Source: Neoechinorhynchus agilis (Eukaryota; Animalia; Acanthocephala). From it: DNA of 64,000 nt. Positions 48,328-61,900 of the stretch are shown piece by piece. Made by a program: the position numbers and the translations under genes. Below the pieces are notes generated by a model that saw nothing but the letters and a program-made list of their open reading frames with translations, made no database searches and was not told the origin of the DNA. Numbering within the stretch: position 1 is the first letter of the stretch; every line of letters begins with the position of its first letter. The stretch spans positions 3,628,389 through 3,692,388 of the forward strand of contig CM121343.1 in assembly GCA_051530055.1 (NCBI GenBank), in the 5' to 3' direction.

Positions 48328-50290
48328 TACTACGTAAGTGAGTTTTATTCTTTTTAACGGGAAACGAAATGAAAATCCTTCACATTTACTCATATTTTTA
48401 TGTTCCTTGTAAAGATATAACCAGAACATTTTTAGTGGTCTCGTTCAATGCTACGTGAGTTTTATTCTTTTTAACGGGAAACGAAAGGAAAATCCTTCAC
48501 ATTTACTCATATTTTTATGTTCCTTGTAAAGATATAACGAGAACATTTTAGTGGTCTCGTTCAATGCTACGTGAGTTTTATTCTTTTTAACGGGAAACGA
48601 AATGAAATTTCACATTTACTCATATTTTTATGTTCCTTGTAAAGATATAACAGAACATTTTTAGTGGTCTTGTTCAATGCTACGTGAGTTTTATTCTTTT
48701 TAACGGGAAACGAAATGAAAATCCTTCATTTACTCATATTTTTATGTTCCTTGTAAAGATATAACGAGAACATTTTTAGTGGTCTTGTTCAATGCTACGT
48801 GAGTTTTATTCTTTTTAACGGGAAACGAAATGAAAATCCTTCACATTTACTCATATTTTTATGTTCCTTGTAAAGATATAACGAGAACATTTTTAGTGGT
48901 CTTGTTCAATGCTACGTGAGTTTTATTCTTTTTAACGGGAAACGAAAGGAAAATCCTTCACATTTACTCATATTTTTATGTTCCTTGTAAAGATATAACG
49001 AGAACATTTTTAGTGGTCTCGTTCAATGCTACGTGAGTTTTATTCTTTTTAACGGGAAACGAAAGGAAAATCCTTCACATTTACTCATATTTTTATGTTC
49101 CTTGTAAAGATATAACGAGAACATTTTTAGTGGTCTTGTTCAATGCTACGTGAGTTTTATTCTTTTTAACGGGAAACGAAAGGAAAATCCTTCACATTTA
49201 CTCATATTTTTATGTTCCTTGTAAAGATATAACCAGAACATTTTTAGTGGTCTTGTTCAATGCTACGTGAGTTTTATTCTTTTTAACGGGAAACGAAATG
49301 AAAATCCTTCACATTTACTCATATTTTTATGTTCCTTGTAAAGATATAACCAGAACATTTTTAGTGGTCTCGTTCAATGCTACGTGAGTTTTATTCTTTT
49401 TAACGGGAAACGAAAGGAAAATCCTTCACATTTACTCATATTTTTATGTTCCTTGTAAAGATATAACGAGAACATTTTTAGTGGTCTTGTTCAATGCTAC
49501 GTGAGTTTTATTCTTTTTAATGGGAAACGAAATGAAAATCCTTCACATTTGCTCATATTTTTATGTTCCTTGTAAAGATATAACGAGAATATTTTTAGTG
49601 GTCTTGTTCAATGCTACGTGAGTTTTATTCTTTTTAACGGGAAACGAAATGAAAATCCTTCACATTTACTCATATTTTTATGTTCCTTGTAAAGATATAA
49701 CCAGAACATTTTTAGTGGTCTTGTTCAATGCTACGTGAGTTTTATTCTTTTTAACGGGAAACGAAATGAAAATCCTTCACATTTACTCATATTTTTATGT
49801 TCCTTGTAAAGATATAACGAGAACATTTTTAGTGGTCTTGTTCAATGCTACGTGAGTTTTATTCTTTTTAACGGGAAACGAAATGAAAATCCTTCACATT
49901 TACTCATATTTTTATGTTCCTTGTAAAGATATAACGAGAACATTTTTAGTGGTCTTGTTCAATGCTACGTGAGTTTTATTCTTTTTAACGGGAAACGAAA
50001 TGAAAATCCTTCACATTTACTCATATTTTTATGTTCCTTGTAAAGATATAACGAGAACATTTTTAGTGGTCTCGTTCAATGCTACGTGAGTTTTATTCTT
50101 TTTAACGGGAAACGAAAGGAAAATCCTTCACATTTACTCATATTTTTATGTTCCTTGTAAAGATATAACAAGAACATTTTTAGTGGTCTCGTTCAATGCT
50201 ACGTGAGTTTTATTCTTTTTAATGGGAAGCGAAATGAAAATCCTTCACATTTGCTCATATTTTTGTGTTCCTTGTAAAGATATAACGAGG
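48328..50290. repeat. Tandem array of about 17 units of about 117 bp
   Basis: GCTACGTGAGTTTTATTCTTTTTAACGGGAAACGAAA recurs at a period of about 117 bp. Confidence 0.97.
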
Positions 50291-50582
50291 GCGTTTTAAG
50301 TAAAACTGCAGAATTTTTGTTGTTTTCTACTGCCTTCCTCGCATTTTTGACTTTAAGGAGCAACCATTTAGAAATAATTCAATTAGGTCGAATCGAAATT
50401 TTCTTTAAGATCAACGTCTTTTTTAAAAAGCTTGTCGGATGTATTTGACTCCGGTACTGCTGCACCTTTAATGTTGAATATATTTGTTCCTTTGATAAGC
50501 TTCGAATGCAATGCTTAGTTGACACGTACAAAAGTCTCTTATAATCGCTGTGTGTAGAGCTTGCATTGTAGACATTGCTGGG

Positions 50583-53500
50583 ATGGCTCAGCGAGTGCTT
50601 GTCATAATAAGGATTCCTACAGAGGAAACTACATTCGAGGGCAGTGAACTCGTTTCTACTCTTGCATCGACCATTGCAACCGAAACTCCCGTCGAGCCGC
50701 TCTTTGATTTCCCTCCTGGGGCCGGATTAGTAACCGACTTGGACGGGCGAACGCGATCTAAACCCGATCCGAGCAGCAAAAAAGAGGCGAGCATCGAAAT
50801 GGCAGAACTCACCTTCAAATCCCCACTCGCAATGGTAAGTCAATATTCTCTCAAGTGACTCACTTAATTCCGCTTACTGATCTAAAGAGAGTAAACATTC
50901 TGCTATCAAAAATGGGTATTACATGGTCATGTTGGATAACGAGTTCCTGTCAACGATTTTACGAAATCCACTTTGTATACGAAGGCGGATTTAAATGTGA
51001 GCGCCTTGTACACGAGTTGGACTCATTGGGGGTTGGTCCAACGCCAGGAACTTCGATAACGTTTGTATACCTGGTCACCCACATTAAAGTTTCCCATAGA
51101 TGGGTTTTTATAGTTGCATTCCAATATCGATCCATTCATCACCACGAGTTACGAGGCCGACCTCCGTTGATATGCAAATCCGTAAGCATCCACATAAAAC
51201 CACTGGTGGCCAACCAGAAGCCAGGGCGTCAGTGAACCACCCACCGAAGGAAGTGGTTCCTATTTCAGGGCCAAATCGTGCCACTGGCATACCCGGAGTG
51301 AATGCTGGAATTTGTGAGTTGTAACGATTATTTTAAACAAACGCAATTAATCGCTATTTAGTGACCCCTAAGCAATCACAGCGTCCGCCATTTTCGGAAG
51401 TGCAAGGGAGTGTAACGCACCGTCCTGCGGGACATACGAGTATCTCTATCGAAACACTTGAAGCCAAGGATTCAGATTCGATCAGCCCATCGGATCCATG
51501 CGACAGTCTTATTAAAGAGAAGCGATACGAATGGCCAAGTGACTACGAACACAAACTGTCGACCGTAACCCATGTTCAGTTCGATGCGCTACCTCCTGCA
51601 AAACGATCGAAAATCAAACAATTCATGAAGACAATTAAAAGTCGGCTTACGGTACAAGAGGTAAGAATTCGCCTTAAGAATATGCTCATACAACACTTGT
51701 TTGATATTCTGATCTAAGTACAAAGTTGGCATAAAACTAAGGATTAAGGTTTGGAACTAATAGATGTCCGAAATGCTAATCGCCGTACAAAATACCTGGG
51801 TCTGATATACCAAATCGCAATTATTTAGACCTTCTGATGAACATAATTTGCTTTAAGACTCTTATTTTTCTGCTGGAAGGTACTCACCCGCGATTCGAGT
51901 GGATGAATTCTTTATTTTCGTATTGAAAGAAAGTGATCGCGCCTCTAGCACCGTCCTTGGACTTCGGGAAATGTATGTTTTATTTACGAAAGGAAAAATC
52001 ATAACTGATTTATTATAGAACTAAATGCCTTATTGAACTGATACCCATTTTTATAAAATTCGCTACTTTGCACTACTTTGTTTCGGATGTCACCAAATGA
52101 CAATAAATTAAAATTTAATATCTACAAAAATGCCTACAAGTAGAACCGGTGAACTCATAATATATATCACATATACTTTATAAAAATTTATTATTTACTT
52201 TTACGCGTGAAAAAAAAATTAATTTTTGAAATCGTAACTAAAAACGACTTTTCAGCTTCGTGAGATTTTCCTATGATTTAAAATTTGACACCACTGGTCG
52301 GATGATTTTTGTCTGAACCATTTATAATCTAACTCGTGATTGCTTGATTTTAGGTTTTGAGTGTGATAACAGAATCGACAAAAATAACTTTCGATTATGT
52401 ATGCCTTTGCATTTTGGCGAGGTAAATAACGTTTGTAATTCTTTATCGCTTATTTCCTATTCTAAGCATATTATCTGCGATTGGTTTGATGATCAACAGT
52501 TCGGTTGTAATAGTAGCCAGTATGCTCATATCACCTTTAATGGTAACCAAACCTTCCTCACGCGTTTGAACTTCTGATTATTTAATGAAACATTAAAAAG
52601 GGGCCGATATTGGCAATCGTGTTTGCGATTGTTATCCATGATGTCCGTTTACTTAGAAGAGGAATAAGGGCAGAACTCTGGGGAGCTGCTATATGTTTAA
52701 TAATCGGTAAATTTCTACGCTATGTGTGTTTTTGTTCAAAAATAATCATAGGTTCCGTCATTGGATCGATCGATGCTCTTCTTCGTGTTAGACATGAAAT
52801 GCCAGTTGGATATCCAACGGGAGAAATGTGTAGCCGGTGAGTTTTTATCCGTACTTTAATTACCTTGATCTGATTGTTGTATTATATCGATTACAGTGGC
52901 CAATATATGGGTCTAGTTTCCGGAATATTCATTGCACTTCCCAGTGGAGCAGGTGTTGCCATTTCAGTCCTCGGTGGCAACGTTGGATCATTAGTTGGAG
53001 TTGCCATCTCGGCATCCTTGCTGCCACCAGCAGTGAATTGCGTATGAGTAAAACCAAAACTCGTTTATACCCTCGTTTTCTTTGTTTAATAGGGTGTCCT
53101 TTATGGATACGCGAGTGTTGTTGCTATTGTATTTAAAAATGTTGGTATTAAGGCTAACATGGTATGAAAATTTACACTATAATGATTTTGATAAGCGCCA
53201 TACATTTATTCGCTTGGCAGACTTCTGAAGATTGTTGTTTACTCACACAAGCCAAATTGAACGAAACCGTCGGCCCTCTTGGATTAGCAGCATTAGCTGC
53301 AGAAGCCGGAACTGTCAGTCTTCTTCTGACTTTACTTAATGTCGTATGCATCATCTACATGGGATTTATCGTTCTTAAGGTAAGTAATCAATGGTATCAT
53401 CATCCGTTTTGCCAAAAAAAGCAGCAAAATAATGGAAGGCACAAGTAGTTCTCTGAAGCACTCCTTAGATAAAACTTTACATTTTTTCTTCTTCCCTAAA

Positions 53501-54362
53501 TTTCGAACACAATTTCAAAAAATTCTAATTTCAGATCGTGTTTACTTTATTTTTTGTTTGAATAATAGCTTTTCGTTTTTTAGCCTAAAATAGTCTATTG
53601 TGCACTTGTTCTAATTCGATCTTTTTTTCAGTTAAACCGCGAAAGCAGTTGTAATCGAATTTCAATTCGAGTAGAAGCCGAAACCATTTAAAATTTTCGA
53701 TTGTAGCCAAACACGCTTGCGTGCGCTTTTAATCAACAATGGCCTAATATTTTGACCACTCCGATGGATTTTCTCTCGATATGATGGCCTAATAAATATT
53801 CCTTTTAAGATAAAACAAGTTGCCCCCATCAGCACATTTACTGATACATTTTGGAAGGAAGATGTTAAGGTAAATTGCGCCTGAATTTTTCTAAAATCAT
53901 CTAATGAATTTTAAAAGACTGCAAAAGAGTACTACAAAACGATTGAACGTGAAGATGCTGTACAAATGAGGAACCAATATCTTACTTACTTGGTATGCAG
54001 ATTTCATAAATCAAAAATTGAACGTAAAGTTTTTCCACTTACAGAGGGAAATGATAAGTGAACCTGAAGGGTCTGATCCAAATATTGAAGATAATGGTGT
54101 CATGTATATTCCCGATGATCTCAATGATTTAAGTAAAAATATAAACACTATAAGCAAAAACGTTTTTCGATATGGACCACATAAGAAATCAATAGTGGAG
54201 GAAGTGTTGCCCGATTTCGATGCAGAACCAACGCATGAACATCGTCGAACCAGCAGCATAAGACTTGTGAAATTTAGCGACGAAATAGACGGGCGAACTA
54301 AGTCGATTGGTGATAGGTTCCAAGTAGTGCCTGTACCGGATTTTAAAGTCAAAGAACCTTAA
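50583..54362 (+). CDS. DUF389 family membrane protein, multi-exon (canonical introns)
   Basis: Spliced translation contains TFDYVCLCILASILSAIGL..SSVVIVASMLISPLMGPILA and GSLVGVAISASLLPPAVNC. Start and some exon limits are inferred. Confidence 0.85.
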
Positions 54363-54506
54363 TTGCGCTATTAAATTGTAAAGTGGTCTATATTTGTATC
54401 GATAGAGCGAGAGTAATACTTGCTGATCCCAAGTCAAAAAAGTGTGAAGCTCATTTACCATGTATATCAGAAGATCACTATGTGCGGCACATTTTAGAAG
54501 TCCAAA

Positions 54507-54943
54507 ACATTTTATTAAATATGTATTCTAGGTTACTCAAATGCCCTTTAGCAGCCGGCTGATTTATTGGCCAGGAAAGCGCTAAAGACCCGTGGACCAT
54601 ACGGACGACCCTCAGATACCTCTCGAGAATGCAAAACTCATCAGTGAGTTTTCTCCCTTCAACGAGGTATTTTGTCCCCTTTGGTTATGGGTCATCGGCG
54701 ATTGTAGATTTTGAACCCTTGATTCAAACAAGTCCACTTGACCACCTCGGCATAACTACGGAATGTACAAACGTGGTCACTTTGTTTGTGACTGCTTTGG
54801 TTCCTTAGCATATTTGTGGCTTAAATGAATACATTTTATTAAATATGTATTCTAGGTTACTCAAATGCCCTTTAGCAGCCGGCTGATTTATTGGCCAGGA
54901 AAGCGCTAAAGACCAGTGGACCATACGGACGACCCTCAGATAC
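54507..54943 (-). mobile_element. Diverged copy of the permuted-hammerhead unit (about 324 bp plus a terminal duplication of about 110 bp); motif at 54611-54678 has GAAA>AAAA
   Basis: ACATTTTATTAAATATGTATTCTAGG...CCCTCAGATACC occurs twice. Minus strand GGGAC AAAA TACC...CTCA CTGATGA GTTTT...GGTAT C TGAG. Confidence 0.75.
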
Positions 54944-55144
54944 CGAATCCAGTGTTGATTTGACTTTAAAGCCATCAATATTTATTATAAAAAGATACAC
55001 AAAGAAATCTTGAGTGAATGAGTGCCGTTGAATTTCGAGAGTTCCTTCGCAAAACAGCAAAACGAGTAATTGATAGCTTGATTTTTTGTAAAGCTATAAG
55101 AATATACATGCGTCAAATTCTCTCTCTCACACACACTCATTTTG

Positions 55145-56876
55145 TTACAGTTTGATCAACATATCATCTTCTCTTAATTGTCCTTCAGGTTCGTCATCTT
55201 CATCATAGTGCTGAGGTATATGAATCAAAAGTGATTTAAGAAATTGCATTTCCTTTCCGGCATTTTTTACTATTTCAGCCGGTTCATTGCTCTGGCACCT
55301 GAAGCAATTCGGTGCCATAACCAGCGCAAGATTGTTAACATCCATTTTAGTAACGGCAACATTGTGACTCCGTGCGAATATTTGGAGGTATCTAACCAAA
55401 TAGATAAGGACTCTTCTGTTAAGAAGCGGCAATTGTGTCCGTACAATCTTCACACATTCCGACGGCTTATTGGCTCGGTCGTATTATGTGGGTATTATAG
55501 CCCAAGGACTCAAGGGGCCATAAGCACCCACATTACACGACATAGGCGAATGCAGTCGTCGTATAAGTCATAGGGGATTAATGGGTCTGCCAATTGACGG
55601 TACCACAGCTTTAGAAGCGATGCTGGCACATGTGGATCGTTATTAAATACTAGAATATCGACGAGCATTCTACGATCGGTTAGCAGTTGCCATCGATCGC
55701 ATTTAGCCTTCAACATGTTTACTCGATCAATATCACCGGGTATTCTGAAAATTCCTTCAGTTTGTGCGCCATTTAGTCTTAAGACTTCATTCGATAGAAG
55801 CGTGAGTATCCACGGTAGTCCGTCATCGGGTAGATATGATGCCTGAATGGCCATTAGGGCTTCAAGGGACGAACCGAACATGGATATATGATAAATTGTT
55901 CGTTTCGCTAGATCTATCTCATCCGGTGATGGATTTTTGAGTCCTTTTCGAGGTCCATCCAGTGCAATTTTTTCTAAGCGATCGTGACAGGCTTTAACGG
56001 AAACAACAATTGACGACGAGGTTGACGAAAACGACAAAGACGACATTAAATGCTTAATATGCGATTCGACGAGTAGCCGATAAGTCGGAGAAGGTGGAAA
56101 GAACCAGAGACAAATAGCTAAATTAAAACAAAAAGACGTCAGAGCGAGTAAGGTTTTTGCTCACCAATTAACTCGATTCCTCTTTGTAGACTTGTTAAAT
56201 TCATATTGTTTGTGGTTTGTTTAACGAGCTGCATGTAGATCTCATTACGAAGTCCAACGAAATTCCACCCAGAACAAACAAGACCAATCTCCGGTTTGTT
56301 TTTAGCTGCAATATCCACATTTGGCTCTGATCGGTCGTCGTCTCCCATATAAGCTTGGACTAATTTAAAACAATCAAGAGCTTCTTTTCGTAGATGTTTA
56401 GATTTTAGATCTAATAATGGATGAGAGATTTGTGCTTTAGACCAAGACAACACTTCCATCGTAGGACGTCTTCGGTGTCGTTTAAATCCACTCCGAAGTG
56501 ATTCTCCTAAGCTTGACTTTTGTGAAGGAGCGTTGTGTTCGTCTTGCGGACTTGGTTCTAAAAGGTTTTTTCTATCACTGGTGGAGGTCGCGATTGGTGA
56601 CGTGAGCATGAAGATGTTCCTCTTTTTGGAAGGATCGATTTGGATATAAGTGCTTCTAAGACGGCCGTCTTTACATCGGAATTCGACACCGAAATAGTTC
56701 GGATTTGTGCGTATACGGTTGTTCGGGGGGGCGGTAGAGGAACCAAACGAAGATGGTTCAATGGTTTCATCACTCGAAGTGCTCACGGATCCGTTTGGGT
56801 TGATTTGATGACGATTGCTTGTCTGACGACGGTAGTGGTGCTGATGATGATGCATTGACACCGCTGATAATGACAC
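55145..56876 (-). CDS. ARHGAP39: MyTH4-RhoGAP protein (ARHGAP39/Vilse-like)
   Basis: MyTH4 (FKLVQAYMGD, LRNEIYMQLVKQTT, ICLWFFPPS) followed by RhoGAP (QTEGIFRIPGD, DPHVPASLLKLWYRQL, TKMDVNNLALVMAPN). Introns at about 56119-56170 and 55466-55536. Confidence 0.88.
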
Positions 56877-57334
56877 TCCGCTGTATCCTCACTGGTGCGA
56901 TAACGGAGGCCTACGTCTTCTCGAAAGAATGAGGGAATGAGAACAAAACGACAATTGCGAAAAGCAACGCTCGCATAACTTACTTTCTTCCATCTTTAAA
57001 AGATGACCTACTTGTCGCGTCGTCGTCTCATGCGTGACGTAATTCATTCGTATGCTCCTGTGCATCTTCCGTGCATTCACCAAAACAGACAATACGATAA
57101 ACAACAACAAACAACAATAATGGGAAGGGTGAGGAGCTCCCAACTATGTTTACGGATCTACTTTCTAACTTTCTACACCGATGACGGAGAACTTGATCGG
57201 AAGGAGGTCCGAGAAAGGTTCAACGGAAAAATACCGTTTTCATAAAAACGAACCACCCGGAAACCGATCAAACACGGGAAATACAACCATCTTCCTCGTT
57301 GCCTCAGATGCACAAAACGGAAATCAATAGGGAC

Positions 57335-58468
57335 ATCCTTTATTTGATTCCTAAAGATGATAACGTCCTGCGTAAAGAAAAGCGATAAATGCGAACAATT
57401 GAGGCTAAGGATTGTCCCGAATAAACGAGAGCATTTTTTACATTGGAAACGTTCGATTGGAAGAAGATTCAATAGAGAAACCGCGCAAAAATTAGTTTAA
57501 TGGGAAACAGCGCGGAATCCTTTATTCTTTGGGAAGAAGCGAAATATATTTACTATACGGAAATCGGTATTGGTATCCTTTATTTGATTCCTAAAGATGA
57601 TAACGTCCTGCGTAAAGAAAAGCGATAAATGCGAACAATTGAGGCTAAGGATTGTCCCGAATAAACGAGAGCATTTTTTACATTGGAAACGTTCCATTGG
57701 AAGAAGATTCAATAGAGAAACCGCGCAAAAATTAGTTTAATGGGAAACAGCGCGGAATCCTTTATTCTTTGGGAAGAAGCGAAATATATTTACTATACGG
57801 AAATCGGTATTGGTATCCTTTATTTGATTCCTAAAGATGATAACGTCCTGCGTAAAGAAAAGCGATAAATGCGAACAATTGAGGCTAAGGATTGTCCCGA
57901 ATAAACGAGAGCATTTTTTACATTGGAAACGTTCCATTGGAAGAAGATTCAATAGAGAAACCGCGCAAAAATTAGTTTAATGGGAAACAGCGCGGAATCC
58001 TTTATTCTTTGGGAAGAAGCGAAATATATTTACTATACGGAAATCGGTATTGGTATCCTTTATTTGATTCCTAAAGATGATAACGTCCTGCGTAAAGAAA
58101 AGCGATAAATGCGAACAATTGAGGCTAAGGATTGTCCCGAATAAACGAGAGCATTTTTTACATTGGAAACGTTCCATTGGAAGAAGATTCAATAGAGAAA
58201 CCGCGCAAAAATTAGTTTAATGGGAAACAGCGCGGAATCCTTTATTCTTTGGGAAGAAGCGAAATATATTTACTATACGGAAATCGGTATTGGTATCCTT
58301 TATTTGATTCCTAAAGATGATAACGTCCTGCGTTAAGAAAAGCGATAAATGCGAACAATTGGGACTAAGGATTGTCCCGAATAAACGAGAGCATTTTTTA
58401 CATTGGAAACGTTCCATTGGAAGAAGATTCAATAGAGAAACCGCGCAAAAATTAGTTTAATGGGAAAC
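57335..58468. repeat. Tandem array of about 4.7 near-identical 240-bp units
   Basis: ATCCTTTATTTGATTCCTAAAGATGATAACGTCC recurs at an exact 240-bp period. Confidence 0.97.
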
Positions 58469-58940
58469 GGCTCCGAAGATGTTCAAGGATAAAGGCATCG
58501 AATGAAGCAATTAAAGATGATCACGTCCAACGGGAGGACAAACTATCCATTATAGCAATTGAGGAAAGTGATTTTGGGTAAAAAAACGAAGCAATATTTT
58601 TTCATACCGTTAGTTTACAGGTGCAATTAACTTATATGGCTTAGTAGGTTTTTAAATGATTTAAGTTCAATTTGGACTTTACAACCTGTCTCTGGGCTTC
58701 AACTAAAGGCGAACATGGAAGTTGATTTGGTGATTCCTGATAGCGTTTATTGGTAAATAAGATCTTGTTGTTGATTTGATGACGAGCAGATTTTCATGTT
58801 TATTTTTTTGTGCGCTATTAAACTGAAAGATTTTTTATGCCATTTTTACGTCTACATTTTCGCTGTTTTGGATATTGTGTGTTCAATTTAGTGACGTCAT
58901 TAAGGGTTGGGTTCAGTTTACCTCTCGTTTTTTTAGACAA

Positions 58941-61900
58941 ATGGAAGTTGATTGTGATTATGTGATCAAGGAGCAACTGGTTCAATTGCACTCGTTTGAT
59001 TTCAACGATCAAAGATGTGCGTTTTCAGGACACACCATTTTGAGATTTTCTGGAGATTACAATAAGCGGTATATACACTTTAAAGCCATTTCCCCTCTAG
59101 AAGTTCTCAGTGTCACTGATGCAGAGTCTGGAGATCCGCTTCCGTTCGTCTACACCTATGGTCTCAAACACGCGGCCCCCCCGGACCATATACGGCCCCC
59201 AAGGCTATCCATACGGCCCACGACGCATTTACATATAAAAATTTTTTGTTCTATTTTCCTACAAAAACGATATTACTTACTTATTCGTACTCTTTGGATT
59301 GATTTTCGTGTGGCGCTAAAGGCGGACAAAACCGATTTATTATGTTTAAATTTCATTTTTTACTATATTTTTTGAAAAAAAAGTAGCGAAAAAACTCACA
59401 AACGAAACGAGAGTCTTTCAAGAGTCAGATAAAATTTTGTAAAATTCTACGTACTTTTTTTATCATTTTAAACAGCTTTGAGGCCCTCAAGGTACTTTAA
59501 AATTCTTTACTTGGTCCTCGGACCCCTAGTTTTCTGGGTGTTGTTTATGGAATCACTGCAAAGTAAATAACACGGAAATAAAAAAAATAGCAAATGGTCA
59601 GTTTTGAAACCTTTTTGGCTCTCGAAGTAATTTGAGTTTGAGACCCTTGGTCTACACCAATCCTTTCATGCATTTGATGACCGAGGAGCCAACTGAATAC
59701 GACGTTGAAAAGTTGTGTGAAATCCGCGATTATTTGAATGCATCGGTTGAAGTCATGAGTAATCAGCTTGTAATAGCTGTAGACAAGACTGTTACTGCCG
59801 GTTCAAATGAAGATTGGTCAATTCGTCTTAAATATCGGTGTATTTTCGACAAAACGCTCGATAAGTATGATCCGCGAGTGTTTAAGTTTTCAAAATTTTA
59901 TTTATACACCAGCTCAATGGATTGTCCGGAGTCATGGATGCCATGTTTGAACGACCGCGCTCATGTGATTAGATTGAAAGTGGACGCTCCCGCCGGTTAC
60001 AAATCGTTTGTTTCGTCCACGTATTTGAGCGACGATGATGATGAGGAGCGAGTTCATTTGGCAGTGGAACCAGGACGGCTTGGTTTTGTGATTGCCCGGA
60101 ATTACAGTGAGCAAATTCGACAGACTGGAGAGATGATCTATAGATCGATTGTTGTTGGTGCGGGAGAAGCAGATCTCGATTATCGGTCCAAGCTCCATGA
60201 AAATTCGAGTCAATATACCTGTTCAATTTGTTCAAAATTCGTAAGGAATGTTTTAAATCGCGAGAAACACATTTTGTCGCAGTATACTGAAGTGTTCGTC
60301 CCTCGTTGTGGCTCAGAAGCTCTTGGATTTGTTGGTTTAGGATTAATAGATTCTGATTATATGATCAGTGAACGGGAAGTGGATATGAAGGTTTCTGTTC
60401 GTCTTTTCCGGCTTGTAAGTCAATGTTTCATCCAGCAGTATTTTGGATGTTTGTTGTACGCGACTGAACGTCGATACCAATGGCTCGAGTACGGTCTAGT
60501 TCAGTACCTTTCGGATAGTATACTTCCTGTGAATTCGAGTTTCCTATACGAAATGCAATTAGAGCGAATCCATCAACACAATAAGAACTTATTCACAGAA
60601 ACAACAAACATCCTCGTCAATGGTCTAAATGTGTGGATAAACCGACGAACGTTTTGTATGAAGGCTTATCTGGCAGTCCGAGCCATTGCAAGTGTCATAA
60701 CCACACGCGTCCTTCTGAACTATGTACAAGAAGTAGTCAAAAATGGTTTAAGTTCGGATGATCACCGTACCCTTGGACTATCGAGCCTCTTCAGAATAAC
60801 AAGCCAATCAAATGCGCCCTGCATTGATGACGTTGTTGAACATTGGGTATACACCAATCAAATCATTCCGTATGCACTTAAATTGAAATTCAATCGTCGA
60901 AAAAATTCATTGGTTGTGGTTTTGATTCAAAGTCGAAAAGTTTCCGATAGAGACACAATCGAGTTGGACACTGAAGATTTAGATGGTCTTATGGAATTAT
61001 ATGGCGATAGAAATTTTTTTAAAGGATTGGTAACTCTTGGAGTTCAAGAAATAGACGGATATCACTTTCATGAATTCTACGTGGACTCACGTGTAACAAA
61101 GTTTGAAGTCGCTTGTACTAGCCGACCGAGATGCTTTGGAAATAGTCGACGTGTCGTTACTGAACATGGAGATGAAAAGGAACTTCTAAATTATTGCCTA
61201 TTGAATATGGGAAACAACTCAAATCAAGCTAATGCTCCTAACCGGAGTCCTCTTAATCATGATGAGGAATCCGTAGAAGACGATTTTGGTGATGATGAAG
61301 ATGCTGGCCAAGGAGACCGGGACGACTTGGTTTGTCCGGTTCTTTGGGTAGATGTTGATCCTTACGTCATATCAGCGCCGAGATTTTACGCCTTTGGCGA
61401 CTTAAACGCTAAACGAAACATGAACGCATTGAGACTTTTATATGGACGAAACTTGATCGTTCAATTGGAAGCAATAGATTCGCTGGAACAAGACGTGAGT
61501 CATTATAATCTTAGAGATTGGAAGGAACTCTCTGAAATTTTGAAAATCGTTATCGAAGATCCCAAAATCTATCCAGAAGTCTGCATAAGATGCGCCGAAT
61601 TGCTTTGCAAGTATGGCGGCTTTGAAGGTCTTGGCGTAGTTCGAAAGTTTTTCTGGAAGCTTTTTGGTCAGGAAAATGATGAAAAACGTCAAGAATACGT
61701 TCCTAGAAAAAACGAATTCACAAATGTACGTCTCTATGAATTAAGGAAACTACTTCCGACAGCCATTTGCTCATCCAGGCCTCTTAGTGGATTCAGTGAC
61801 CCATTAGAAGCTGTAGAATCGTTTACGTGTGTTCGGTCTAACGAAAGTCTTTGTGCTTCGGAAGCCATTGATGATACTTTGAGATTATTGAAAATGAATG

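Noticed and set aside
48328-50290. Hammerhead or other ribozyme in the 117-bp unit (also checked: 172-, 240- and 386-bp units)
   Set aside because: No CTGANGA...GAAA core with stems found on either strand by eye.
57173-58432. Four or five identical 71-aa ORFs (MNLLPMERFQCKKC...)
   Set aside because: They arise from the 240-bp array. No domain is recognised, and a CxxC pair alone is not evidence.
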